DNA of 63,742 nt from Octopus bimaculoides (GCF_001194135.2 NC_068998.1:22503815-22567556); one strand, 5' to 3'. Counted from the first letter of the stretch, positions 40,540-53,955 are shown. Numbers and translations: made by a program. Notes: generated from the letters alone by a model not told the origin.

Positions 40540-42890
40540 TAATCCTTTGGCCTAAATTGTTCTTTCGCCAGAATGGAAATATTGAGGTGTGGCACATTCC
40601 TCTCCGCCTTCCTATTCCTTTTTGAAGTGAAACTTATAAAAAGTTGATGAGGGCTCGTCAAAAGAGGAAAGTTTCTGTTTTCAATACTTTCAAACTCATC
40701 CACCGCACTACTTTCTTTCCATAGACACTAGAAAAGAAAATTGCCTGCTCTAACCGGCCAGAAAAAGGAGGCAGTGCAATCCCCTGATATGATCGGCTGA
40801 TAACAGGATTTGTCCTGTATCTAACAACAATTGTTCGACAAACCTGTACTGCCAGCAATAATGAAACAGTTGACGAGTACGTACCGATCAGTTTCGTCAC
40901 ACTACGCGCATTTAGGAGAGCTTCGTCAGACAGGAATGCCTTGCTTGTAGAGCCTGTCTCAAACTAGCATTTGTAGCATTGCCAAAACAGGGATTTCTGG
41001 AAATTATCTACAGGCTCGGCCCAAAAGTTTTCTAGAAAACTTGAGCTAATTGGTTATCTCCGACGCGTAGAGTCTTCCCGAGGACGTCGTCGTTCTTGCC
41101 CGTCACTAATTACCTAAAGAACAAGAATTTGGAACATTATCCGACTGCATTGCCCGACTGTTTCTCTTACTGCAAAACTCCCTTTCTCGGCGTTTGACAC
41201 CTGCAACTAAGCTGTCGCAGCTTCATTGCATGGCTCCGCACCAGTAGCCCGGACATGCTCAGCTGTCCTCGTAGCGGCTGCTAACAACAAATCGGCTGTC
41301 TGACACGTGAAACTCATCTCTTCTATAAAAAGAAGAAAGCATATGTAATCCGATATAATCAGCAAGGATGCAGGTAGTATGTGACTGAAGCAACACCGCT
41401 CAACCCTTCAGAGATAGCTTCTTGACCCATTTCTGAATGAGAGTGTCTATACTGCTCTTCACCTCCAGTTTTTCTTGACCTAGATGTCAGAAATAAACCA
41501 GACGCCACGCAGTTCAACCGATCCTTCCTTCCAGTACCCTACAAGGCGTAGTTGCAGGCCCAATGACTTCTGACTAATCTTTGCTTCTGTCACTTAGAGT
41601 TGATCCAATCATCTCAACTTCCGAGATATCCGACATTAATATGGATGTATCGCATGAGGTGTGGGTTGTCGTGGAGCGATATGTTTGGGATAGTGAATGT
41701 CCGTGCGTCACCGACCAGTTCATTGACAACAAGGGCCAACATCTTGGCAATCACCTCGGCCATCATCTTGTATTCTGTGCTTCCAACTATGTATTTGTTC
41801 CCTTTGTTCGGACCCTTTCTCAGCAGCAGCACCACGTCTCGCCTCACAACACTGGAAATTCATCCGTTCTATTGCTAGTTGTTGTAGATAATTTCCGAGT
41901 GATCACCGAACAATCTGGCATATGGAGATGAAGCTCGATGTACATAATATCCAGCTCCGGAGACTACTCCCTTTTGCAAAAGGTTATCTCCTCTACAACG
42001 TCATAGGGTTTTATTGGCATTTATCAGAACACTTCACACCCAGCGAAGGACGATTTATGCCATCGAGGTAGGAGGTGAAATCCATCCTTGTGTCCGACCG
42101 ACCGTGTGTTTCATATAGTTCAGCAAAGTGTTGCTGGAATACCGCACACATTTGCTTGGACCCCAGTAACAGGAGCCTGTCCCCGTCAAACAAAACCAAA
42201 TTTTCGCTTTGTCTTCACTTTACGCCTGCTCTACCCACGCCCATCGAAAACCTGTCATTCTTTCGTGTATTATAGCATGCACCCTAGCTGATAATGTACC
42301 CTTCGTACTTGGAATATAAGCATTTATCTTACCACCACCATGCCGATCGTTCTTCTTCTCTACTAATTGTCTCTTCCAGTTTCCTGACTAGTTCACACTT
42401 TATTCTAGATTCCTGTAATGCTATTGCTTTAATACAAATTACCGTCTCTTCCTTAATAGATCTTTACAGGGATATCCGCGACAGGTTATTGAGGATTGGA
42501 CTGAATAATTTCCGATTTATTTACTTGCAAACCCAGTCTTTGCAACTCGACGCGCCAGGAAAGACGAGTTTAGATTGCACTATCCCATCGGATAGTCACA
42601 ATCGATCCAGGCTTATTAGAAGCTTTCCAATCGCCCACTTGTACTAAAGATTAAGACAGCCCCGCAAAATATCTCTACGTTTTGGAGAAAATCCGACTGC
42701 CCTGCTACATTTCGGTGTACAGAGCAACTAGTCTAAAAGCATTACCCAGTATTGATCATATCCAGGACTACCAACTTGCGTGCAGGTGCAGGAAGATTGT
42801 CCGAACCTCGAAATCCAGTTCTTTCCTAAACAGCAGAGCCACTACGCCTCCAATTTCAGGCCTACAAAGTGATGTCTAGATCGATGAGAA
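40540..42890 (-). mobile_element. Tx1/L1-clade LINE ORF2 remnant (APE endonuclease, RT, C-terminus)
   Basis: APE-like GGVVALLFRKELD..LVVLD..AFRLVALY..VGDWKA at about 42600-42880; RT-like EYKMMAEVIAKMLALVVNELVGDARTFTIPNISLHDNPHLMR at 41614-41847; C-terminal segment near 40600-40900. It carries many stops, frameshifts and deletions. Confidence 0.75.
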
Positions 42891-42949
42891 TCATGTGGGG
42901 AAAAAGACTATACCGTTACTACCTTATATAAATACAAAACATTGCAGCT

Positions 42950-43380
42950 GAGGAGTCTTTGATAAGGCTGAAGGAGGGAGACACTAGGAAAGAAACAAGT
43001 GCTCATAATATCTGCTTAAATACAATCACTACGGGCGAATACCATTAAGGCCAAAGAGACAAATATGCGAAAGCATAAAGTGCAGTGTATGTCATAAGGA
43101 AGATGATTCCTTTATCAAAATATGTTCCTGCATTCCTTTGGCGCAGAAGGATTATAGATGCAGATACGACAGTGTGGCAAGGCAAAACACTGGGATACAT
43201 TACGACAAACAGGTTTAAAAATGAAAGAGAATGATACGAACATGAACCAGAAGGTGCATTAAAGAACGACCAGGGAAGGTTTTATGGGATGTTAATGTAC
43301 AGTCTGATCAATAAATTGATGACAGATGACCAGATGTTATGGTTCTTGACGAGGAGGAAAAACAAACTGTGAACACCTGT
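42950..43380 (+). mobile_element. R4/Dong-like CCHC/RLE fragment
   Basis: KCSVCH..CIPLAQKDYRCRYDSVARQxHW...YEHEPEG...VLWDVNVQSD...PDVMVLDEEEK. Confidence 0.75.
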
Positions 43381-43949
43381 AAAAGTTTTGTAAAATATTT
43401 CTGGAATAAACGAATAACAAATTCGGATTCAGCGTCAGAACTTACATCTATACGATACATTAAAAATATTGTTTTTGAAGATAATTGTAAACAAGAGACG
43501 AAAACCACAAAGATCCCCTTTCTTTTTTCCTTGACTACTCGAATATGTAAACATTCCTTTTATTGCATCAACATAATTAAATGCACGAGAAAAATAAGGA
43601 GATAAGCACCTGCCAATATATACAAACTGCACAATTACGAAATCTGTAAATCACAGGAAAAATTCTAAAAAGAAAAGAAAAATTCAAAAAATTATATAAA
43701 GAAATTTACAAATTCAAAAATTTTACAATCTAAAATCTGTGTATAATTATTATTTCTACTATCAGGAATTACAAGCAGAACAAAGTGAATTGGTTCTTTC
43801 CAAGGTTCTTTCCAAGGCCAAGGTCAGCACTTTCATTGATCGCTAGTAGTAGTATACACATTTATGATTATCTCAAATACAAGACGAAAGTCAAAACTAT
43901 AGAACATTTAAAAATACCACTCAATAGTAGGAACAAATATGGCACGTTT

Positions 43950-45480
43950 AAATAAATAACGGTTATACTGTTGTCACGGTCATAAAGGTTAAACACAACG
44001 ATACAGATCAAGGCACTCTTGGTGGTAACTAAAGATGAGCAATGCCGTAATAGCAACGCTAAAGTAACTGTAACGCCATTAATGGCGGAGTTGGCAACAG
44101 TCGCAGTAGCAACAACCGTGTCTACATGTTACACAATACAGGGCTCAATGCTAATAATTTTAATGTACTACAAATGTCTTACGAAAGAAAAAGGAAAGCT
44201 ACTACAGTATATCATATCGCTTGTGCTATGGTTAATCTGGAGGTGCGTTCTCCAGGAGAGTGTGAGTATGGTGTCGAAAAGTCATTCACGGGCACAAACC
44301 TTTCTCTTAATACGAACCTGGATGGTCACTTGAACAGAAACTGCTCCAGCTCGAGCCCTCGAAGTCCACCACCACACCCACCACAGAAAGAACAATGGAA
44401 GAGGATCAAATGGACCCGAGAAGTGTATACAGAAATAACTTATGCCTATTACTATGCATTAGGCAGGCCATCTGAAGAGAAACACACCACACAATCTTAT
44501 CAAATATGCAGAGTACAGAATCAAGACAGCAGACTATATTTGAACGAAATCAACATAGCAAATGTTAGGAGGGATATCTTCATAAATAAAATACTCACAG
44601 ATAGTGAAATAACCGCGATCAAGCACGCAACAAAAAGTGACCTAAATATAAGACAGAAAGGAAATGAAGAACCAGACGAAGTGAGCAACACACCACGAGT
44701 CTCAATTGAAAGACTGCCATCTAACCAGAACAGGCAAACATCTGCAGAAATAAATTGTAATGGACCTGGTAAAGATAGCGAGTAAAGTGGTAAAGAAACA
44801 ATATTTGAAGACTACACATTTACTGAAGACCACAGAGTATCTATGATGGAACTGCAACAGAAAATCCTGAATGAGGTTGAAGTTGTAAAACGTGCCAATA
44901 TGCATGATAAAGAATTGCTTCATAGACTCTGAAATACAATCCAAAACAGAAAGCAAATTAAAACTAAAACTATGTAAGAAAAGAAATTATACAAAAACTA
45001 CAATTGGGCTCTACGCAGCTGCTAAGACAATTGAAACCAGTTGTATGACTTCAAAAAAAAAAGTAATACAAACATGAGAAGAACTCCAAAGTGGAAAACT
45101 AAAATTGAAAATGAGATTGAAGGAAAGGGAGGTGAAATGTCAATATTAAATTAATTACTCTGCGACAACGATGTAAAAGGAGGCAAAATGAAGAGAAAAC
45201 ATAGATTCTCACCAAGAGCAAAACTGCGTTCAGCAAAAAAAAAACACTGCAAAGAAAAAAGTCCAAGTAAAAAGTGAAAGAATACGAAGATTTGAGAAGA
45301 GAAACACATTTTACAAGCAAAATAAGCTGTTCAGTTCCAATGCGAAAACGTTCTACAGGGAAACACGAAAGGAGAAAATAACCGCTGAAGAACCCTTCTG
45401 CTATGGAAGAAGTTGAAAATTTATGAAAAAATATCTGTAGTAATGAAAACACTTACAATGAAAATGCAGCGTGTATTAGA
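43950..45480 (+). mobile_element. R4/Dong-like N-terminal ORF fragment
   Basis: ORF 44126-44785 includes RIKWTREVYTEITYAYYYALGRP...ANVRRDIFINKILTDSEI. Downstream frames give RIRRFEKRNTFYKQNKLFSSNAKTFYRE, a pre-RT motif of RLE-type elements. Confidence 0.75.
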
Positions 45481-45841
45481 CGCACAGTGTGTGTGTGTGT
45501 GCGTGTTTTGCAACTGTACCGTGTTTGTATGTATGGATGTACATCATATGTTTGGACACGTGTCTCCATATGTGTCCTTCTGTGAAGTAAACTGTGTGTA
45601 TACATATGGTCATGTGTTTCAGTCTCCATTTGCGTGTGTGAGCTTGTCTGTTCATATAACATATGTACCTCTGCGACTGTATGTTGACCTGTTTATTTCA
45701 TATCCATATGCTTACATACATGTGCATAGACACATATATACATACACCCACCCGCACACACATACATATCTATCTACATAACAGCCCACTAGCTATTCTA
45801 CTCAACCTGTGTAAACTGTGCGTATGGGGATATGATATCTA

Positions 45842-46680
45842 CTATGTATATTTCCTATTTAGTATTGGGGAAGTTTCATATATAAGGACGTACTCCCGTA
45901 TTTGTCTGAGTGTTGGGTCTTTTGGGCGCTTGGATAATATGCGGATGTCAAGTTGACCCAAGTTGCCTCCATGTTGGTCTTTGGCATGTTGGTAGAGTAT
46001 AGAGGACTGGTTTTCGTTGTCATATTGTCTCAGATGTTCATTTATTCATTCTACAAGGCTCCTAGATGTCTCCCCTATGTATGTCATGATCCTGTCTTTA
46101 GAAGCACCTTTGCATCTTATGCTGTAGACTACATTTCTAGTTCTACAGGTAATGCCAGGGCTAATCCTACATACCATGCAGATATCACTGGTGCATATGG
46201 CATTCTCAAAGGGGCATGTCCTACATAGTTGTGACCTGACCAAATTCCCTGGCTTTTCAACTATCTTAATGTTGAGTTTGGTCTCCTTCAGAGCTTTTCT
46301 AAATCTACGGGCTAGTTTTCCATGGGCTGCGGCCTCTACAAATATCACTCCTTGGTATTTGTCGGTTTTATACCACTTGTTCGCTCTGTTTGCTTTGTCA
46401 CAAGTTCTTTGCATCCTATTCCATTTTTTGTTTCTATATCTAGGGCAGGTACCACTGGTATCATTACGTATGATGTTATCTAATTTCTGTCTAGACCCTC
46501 TTTATACTCAAACCCTATCTTTCTGATTATATCCAGAGAACTGCATGCGGTGCATGAAGTTCTGTATATGCTTTTTCATTTGATAGGTTTCGCATAGTGG
46601 GGACACATTGTTCATTATTCTAACTAAGTCTGCTATCAGTATGTTAATTTTCATGTTGTGTAACAAAGCTGAGTTCTCGT
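45842..46680 (-). mobile_element. Penelope-like element remnant (RT thumb, linker, GIY-YIG), Naiad-like
   Basis: ENSALLHNMKINILIADLVRIMNN...MQFSGY...KWYK..YQGVIFVEA...CTSDICMVC...CRTRNVVYSIRC...YIGETSRSLVE*INEH...LYQH...PILNRK; three in-frame stops. Confidence 0.8.
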
Positions 46681-46759
46681 AAACAACGAAATTTTAGGAA
46701 AATAAATATTAGAAATAAGTGGAAATTTTACCGTTGAGTGTGTCAAATTATAAGGCACA

Positions 46760-47430
46760 AAAAGGAATATGACTCTTCTCAGACACAACAGATTACGTAT
46801 GATCCTTGGAGAGAAAAGGGATTGTTTCAACTCACGGAACAGAGACTATGTGATCAAGCTAGAACAATAAGAAAAATCATTGGTTCACAGAAGTAGAACT
46901 CGAAGCAATCAAAAGACGGGACTTGGAAAATAGCAGTAGAGATAACAATGAAGATATAGGTCTTAATAATAAGAGTAATCTCATAGCACAGGAAAAGAGC
47001 AGTGGTAGTTGACTTGATGAGAGACATATAGATGATATAAAAGCAGACAATAAAACTAATGGCGACATGACAGATGAACGAAAGGCAATCTAAGACATTA
47101 TAAATGCAAGACTACTGGAAAACGATAGCGACGTTATTTGCAAACTTAAAAATTTTGATTGTATGGCATATTACCCGCAAATATACGCCACTAGCCCAGA
47201 AGGAATATAAGAGACGCCACGACAACATAGCCAGGTTTGTCCATTGGGCACTTTGCAACAAGTATGATCTTGATAGAGGAAAAAATTGGTACGACCACAA
47301 GCCTGAAGGCGTCGTCGAAAATAGAAATGCAAAGATCCTTTGGGATTTTATGATTCACTACGACCATGAGATAGAGGAGAGGAAGCCGGAGATCGTAGGG
47401 ATTGGACGAAGTCTCTTTATAATAGATCCA
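46760..47430 (+). mobile_element. Internally deleted R4/Dong-like element (N-terminus joined to CCHC/RLE region)
   Basis: [29 protein letters not shown] at about 46830-46920, then PLAQKEYKRRHDNIARFVHWALCNKY...HKPEGVVEN..KILWDF..EERKPEIV (ORF 47104-47436). No RT lies between them. Confidence 0.8.
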
Positions 47431-50049
47431 TTCTAATGAACATGGGTTAGGTAATGAGTACGAAATTTATTCATGACAAATGTGGTTATAATTAAAATTA
47501 GATGTGGATATGCAGTTTATGCCCAGTGAATATACTGTAGACGTTCCTTTGGCTGGTGTGAAATTCCCTTTTGCAAGCAGACGGATCAAGTTACCCGCTA
47601 GAGTTTAATTCCTACGCATATCCCATCAGCTTCGAATACAGTGTAAAAATAGCTACTCATATCAATAGAGCTGTTTTTTTTATATATAAAGCAATGTTAC
47701 TAACATCACATAGTCAATTGTCAATTTCTAATATTTGCATTAAAAACATAGAACTAATTTAAGATGTTGACTATAAAGGTGAAAAGAAATCTATTGTTTT
47801 ATAGTAAACTGGATATTAATGCATATAATTTGAGACCCGGATCAAAATAGTTATCAGAGCCTTTCATTTTTACGTCCTAGTTCCATATAAGTGTCTTAAT
47901 ATTAAAATTTAATCACATGTACATGTTTTGTAGATACCTTATCTAAAAGCAATCATTTCTGCCTAGCGCAAGACATTGTGTATACGTTATACATTCGCAT
48001 CGATAAACTAGAATGATGTATAAACCTATTTGTATATTTTCGATATATTATTTCTTTTATTTTTTAATTGTAAATGCATGGATAATGTAACAGAAATATC
48101 GTCATATAAAGAATATTTAAATCCAGTTATATCCTTAAATTCCCTTGTGTTTGCTCGAAGCTATTATTAACGTAGTCTTCAAAGTATATTTTAAATATCC
48201 TACTGAGTATGTTATTTTCAGCAAATTTTAATAATCAGTAATATTTAGCTGTTGGCAATTTCCAATTTCTCTGCATCTTTTCAGGTTTCTAATCATTGTG
48301 CTTATGTTTGCTTATAGCCCTAAGCTTCCACGTAAATTGTGGGATTATATTATAGTTACTTATTTCATAACACTGATACTAAAATGTGCAACAGAACAAG
48401 TCAGAAGCACACATACACAAATACATACATAGACGCATATATGCATACGCGCAAAGGCTGACACATAGTAAGTTTCTGGTCGGTTGTTTAGATAAATCCA
48501 GACATGATTGAAAAAAATAGTTGTTAAAGTTTCTAAAGTTTCTTATGTATACGTATTGGTTTATTATATAACTTCTACTTATTGATAAGAAAGTATTAAT
48601 CACAAGCGCTGCCAAATAAAATTCAGTTAAATTTCTGAGTTTTATTTGGTATTCGGTTCCCTGCAGTAATCAAGTTTAATACAACTGAATAGTGCTTTAT
48701 ATATTTGTGAAGGCCATATTTTGGCAGATCATTTTCGAAATTGATTCTAAGTTAACCAAATCTAAACTTTGGTATGTATATAAATGTCATCAGTAATATA
48801 ACTTTATCTTCTTTGAATGGCTAAATTCTTTACGAGTTATTTTACCCATGTGTTTTAGAATTTTGTGATTCAAAAGAAATAGAACATAAGAGAATTACAT
48901 TTATATAATTTAGGTATCATTCTAATATTTTGATCAGGAAAGAATTGTCGATTATTAACTAATATTATAATATTTGGTATTAAGAGAAATTGTGTAGTTA
49001 TTTGTTAGGAAATTGAAAGGACGTTATCTCACCTTAACAAGAACTATATTTTGTACACGTTTGGTTTAGCATTAATAATTTTGCTCAATTCATAGCAACT
49101 GATTTGTTGCATTCTCAACCTGGCTATGTTATGTTAGACGATCAAGCATGTTAGCCGTATGGACTTCACTAATATTGAATGGGTATGCTATATATCACAG
49201 CCATCCATGAACAAAAAATACTTTGAAAATGTTTAAAAGCTGATTTAATTTCTCTATTTAATCTGAAGTTTGTAGTTACAGAATAACGAATACACGAATA
49301 AATTATGAAATGTCACAATGTACAGAAATTTACGAAGAAATGTGCACTTCTTGCAAAATAACCTTCCACATTTGTCGTCAAATAATACCTTTCAACAAAA
49401 TTCTTCGGAAATCTTCCATATGCAAAATATTTTTTATTTGATAGAAGTTACTGCGTGTGTTAAAATTACATTCGAGTAATTCAAATATAATGCAGTAGCA
49501 TTTTAACAAACCTTAAAAATAAATGAATCCAGATGCCTTCCCTTACTCGCCGTACAGACCTTTACTGCATATACTTAATTGCGTGCGGAAAGATAATGTA
49601 AGTCGATTTGCTTTACTTTACTCAATTTAGAAGAAGATAAAAGGTCATACGTAGCATTAAGAATTTATACTGAGGAATATCATCTACTTTGAGAGGTTAG
49701 CTCTGCACATAAAGTATGCTTAAGTGATAATCTGATCTTGAACGGACTCACATTCGCTGGGTTAGATTTACAAATTTATGAACAAAGACTTCAATGAACT
49801 GGGCCAGTTACCAATAAAATACAATTTTGTTCAATTAACATTTCATTGACTAAGCATTTCACATTCTGCAAATGCACACGTGCTTTTCTAATTCATCCAT
49901 CCATTCATCCAAGCATCTATACATGCATTAATCCATCAATCCATACGTTCATACATAAATCGGAATATGTTTCTCCTTAATATGTGTTATGCAATGTTGT
50001 AGGTATGTCCTCCACAGTGTGCAAATCATGTAGCGCTCGCGACGGTGCT

Positions 50050-51200
50050 GCTGGGAATAAAGATTCGATGTTTTCAGGCGATCCTTTCAATTAAAATCTA
50101 TAATGCCCTGTATATTTTTAGGAAATACTCCATGAGATAACTCAATTCACATAATGCCTCTTTTCATGTGGTGAAACCAGAAGGGTAGCAGCATTCAGCT
50201 GTGGATGCAAAAAGGAGGAGCAGAGCTCGATGATGAGATCTTGTCCTCTGAGCCAGACAGCTATAAGTATTCAAGAGCTCATCCTTCGGGGCATATCGAC
50301 TTTATTTTTGATTTGGACACTCAGGTTTTAGTAACTCGAAGTCCCTCATAATATTGGATGCTGTGAATAGTTCCTCTAAAGGAAGACAATATAATTGTTT
50401 GGGAGCAGCTTTTTCCCAAATGTATGAGTTCAAGTTTACTCTGATTTAATCGCATGTTGTTTTACTCTGTCCATTGGCTTACAACATCTGGATCAAACTG
50501 GAGTTCTATTCCGTCTACCTTCCACTTGTTTCTGAAGCTTGAAAACAGAGAATAATTTTAATTGGCTCCATTAAATGCACTTGAGATGTTGTTCATTTAG
50601 TCTATAAACAGAAGCAAACCCCAAAATTAACCTGGAGTCATCAATGGTGAATTATGCTTCACTTGAGTGGATTCCACCGATTCCAACATGTGTTCTGTTC
50701 GCCAGGAAATATTTAATCAAGTGTAGCAGTTTACTACCAGCTTCAATATTTGACAAATTTGACAGGAAGATATTGTCATCATGGTATAAGATATCGAAGC
50801 ACATATCCGATGACAAGGATTTAAGGAGATCATATATGTAATGTAACAGCTGTGTTAGGCAGTGCCTATATCCGCGATATATTGAGAACGTTGTGGTTCT
50901 CCAGGAATCCAGTTACCCTTGATTCCACTACCCTTTCAAAGAATTTGAAGATATTCCACTACCCTTTCAAACAATTTTAAGTCGGAGCAGATTGAGCAAC
51001 AGTAAACTACAGGTGCATGCTTCGCAAGTTGAAGACCTCGATGACACAAAGCTATGAGAAATATTTCGATATATAGACTGAGTCTCAAAAATTTCTCCTG
51101 GAGTTAGATAGAGGGGTTGCAAGTTAATGACTGCATAACTTCAGGGAACTAACATGGAAACTCCCAGGGCCTAGTGCAGAATAAATCTTGCTTTCAGTTA
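50050..51200 (-). mobile_element. CR1/L2-group LINE RT remnant
   Basis: Minus strand gives SALGPGS..LATPL (SAPGPDG-like), FLExHN, CLTQLL, IKYFLANRTH, a degenerate GVPQG region and a LEYC-like C-terminal motif. It is heavily decayed. Confidence 0.65.
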
Positions 51201-51429
51201 AGTCAGCCTTAAAGTTCCGCAAGTTCCTTATGAGGACCGACCCCGTCAGGCACTAGTAGCCGAATGGGGAGAAAACATAACATTCCAATTCAGCCACATC
51301 TCTTCGACAAGAATCGTTCCTATGAGGATCCGAATCAAACTTCTTTACATAGTAACATATGTAACTAGTACTAAAAGCGTTGAGCGCTTCTACCGCTTTC
51401 TCATTCACTTGCAAATATATATATATATA

Positions 51430-51515
51430 TATACATGGTTCCGAGTTCCGCCCCACTGGGGAAGTGTTGTCTACTATATTCTCGCGCCAACCAATGCTTT
51501 TTGAGTGAATTTAGG
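51430..51515 (+). mobile_element. SINE 5' fragment
   Basis: ACATGGTTCCGAGTTCCGCCCCACTG...GAAGTGTTGTCTACTATA...GAGTGAATTT is homologous to 54750-54910 (reverse). Confidence 0.7.
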
Positions 51516-52072
51516 AACGAGTCGGGTTGTGAGGTTGGGTTAGGGAAGAAGCTGTGGACCAAGTGGTCTCGTAGGTTGTGGGCTCGTTTGAAGGAGAGGA
51601 GGGGTCAGTTAGGGAAGATGTGCGAAGTGGAGGGGTCAGACTGGAGTCACCGGAAGGCTCGGAGAATGGTGAGTTGGAGACATAGGGTGGTGAGGTGGTA
51701 GATGAGGGGAAACGGGAGGCGGGAGATGGCAGGGAGGGTTCTTGGGGAGAGAGAAGATGCACGGTACACCATAGAACGCGCTCTGGCAAGGGCGGTGTGG
51801 ATATTCGTGAGGGGATATCCACGTGGGATGAAGTGGCGAGCCATGCGTTGACACTGAGTCTCAAAGTCATGGTCGCCGCTACAGAGCCTGCGAACTGAGG
51901 TATGTTCTGTTAAGAACTTATAAGAGTCCAAATAGAGTTCGTTCACTCTTAGAATTCCCAAATAGCCGGTAGTATTCGTATGGTATGCTACCAATTCTAG
52001 TCTTCGGTATTCCTCGTGTGTGAAAATAAAAAAAAGTACAAAGAAAAGAAGAAGTCCTGGATGTTGTAGCAT
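51515..52072 (-). mobile_element. Penelope-like element remnant (RT thumb/linker), Neptune-like
   Basis: VRRLCSGDHDFETQCQRMARHFIPRGYPLTNIHTALARAR...LPFPLIYH, then LQSDPSTSHIFP..LLSFKRAHNLRDHLVHS. These match the PLE motifs RRICS..F..RGYP and R..NLRDxLV. Confidence 0.8.
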
Positions 52073-52303
52073 GGAAATCTAAATATACTTACAGAGACAG
52101 CAACTGAGTATCACCTCAAATGATACATATAGATCTTCCTATACAAGTAAATCTTTACATAATTTAATGTAAACTAAACTTTAAATCCTGTATATACGAG
52201 TATCTGTATGTATCGAAACATTTTCAACTATCGAAAAGCTGCCTAGCCGTATTTACTCTTCCTTTTGACACTTTTACTTTGTATACATATACATATACAT
52301 ACA

Positions 52304-52375
<72 letters not shown>

Positions 52376-53409
52376 CATATTTATAACCATATGCTGCTCT
52401 TTCTCCCCTCTGTCTGTCTGCCTCTCTGTCTGCCTTTCACCTCTATCTGCCTGTCTGTCTGTCTGTCTCTCTCTCTCTCCTGCAATGTTATCTCCACTTC
52501 AAATTTGTTTGTGGCACGTTTGGACTAATAAATAAGTCATTCACTGTGTTTTGTTATGAAGAAAATTTCTCGCGGGCCATAATGGTGTAAATACACAGAG
52601 ATCAGTCAGCAACACCCGCTTTCCAGATTGGAGTACGATGGCTGATAACGCTATGCGGCCGCTGACTGTAAATAAATTAGGAAGCGGGGGCGTTAAGCTG
52701 TGATATGTATAAATTCTTAGCTAACTCTGGTTAACTCTGGCTAAAATGCTTGACTATATAATGATGTTTCCATTGTCCTTTCTGTTATGCATCATACAAT
52801 TTTCAAGTTTAATATAGTTTTGCTTGTGAATGAAACCAAACGTGTGTAGCTTTACTGGGGGGTATTTCCGGACATTCCGATGGGATAGTTCTGTCTATAT
52901 CAATGACATTTGCCCTGTAGAACGGCCCATTTATAGGACCCTTTTTTATTCAGAGTACAGATACCGTTGAATCTGAAGTTACAGGATATTTGTGGAGTAT
53001 TCCCAACGCTGGTTTTAATAGTATGATCGAACCGTACTGATCCTATAGTGCGGTGGCAAATATATCTACTTTTTGTCGTATTCTTTTATTACTTCGTAAT
53101 ATTTAAGGGAAGGGTGTGATGGTAAGTGTTAGGAACTGAGCAGCTATGCCTGTGGCTATGTTCATAGCCTACGTAGGATTAAATATCTGGATGTAGATAC
53201 ATTTAAGCTTATGCTTAGTTCAACAATCCTATGTGTTTTAAAAGATAAGTAATTCTAAACAAATGAGGAATATATTGGCCTTATTAGTTAAATATTTCAT
53301 CAGAAAATAAGTTTCTCTCACTTCTCGATATGCTGGTCAGCTGTTGTTCAACGACTGACCGCAGATAGTTAAAACCATTTATTGATAATTCAGGTACCAT
53401 CATTAGACA

Positions 53410-53630
53410 TTTTTCTTTGTTTGTTACTTGTTTCAGTCATTTGGCTGTGACCATGCTGGAGCACCGTCTTAGATGGTTTTAGTCGAAGAAATAGACCCCA
53501 GGACTTATTCTTTGTAAGCGTAGTACTTATTCTATCGGTCTGTTTGGACGAACCGCAAGTTTACGGGAACGTATACACAGCAGCATCGGTTGTCAAACAA
53601 TGGTGGGTGGATAAAGACATACGCGCACAA
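53410..53630 (-). mobile_element. SINE 3' half
   Basis: TACTTGTTTCAGTCATTTGGCTGTGACCATGCTGGAGCACC...ACCCCAGGACTTATTCTTTGTAAG...CATCGGTTGTCAA. Confidence 0.85.
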
Positions 53631-53834
53631 ATATCTACATATGCATACATACAAATATATATATATATATAAATATATATATATATACTTTCTTTCATGG
53701 TGCCATNNNNNNNNNNACACACACACACACACACACACACACACAACAAACATAAGTAATTTATCTTTATGCATGAGAGTGTTTTTGCATTTGTCCTCTA
53801 CTACTACTTGTAATTTAGCAACTTTGCAAAGTAT

Positions 53835-53955
53835 AACCGACTGAATCAGTACCAGGCTTAAGAATAGGTTCTGGGGCTGATTTGTTTCAGTATGCCCTTC
53901 TAGTTGGTACCACAGTATGGTCGCAGAGTGACTGAGTCAAAATATAAAAGATAAA
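53835..53955 (+). mobile_element. SINE 3' tail
   Basis: AGTACCAGGCTTAAGAATAGGTTCTGGGG...CAGTATGGTCGCAG..TGACTGA matches the tails of other copies. Confidence 0.6.

Noticed and set aside
46046-46048. In-frame TGA in the GIY-YIG region as selenocysteine
   Set aside because: It falls at the conserved Arg of the ER..EH motif (CGA to TGA decay), and another nearby stop is TAA.
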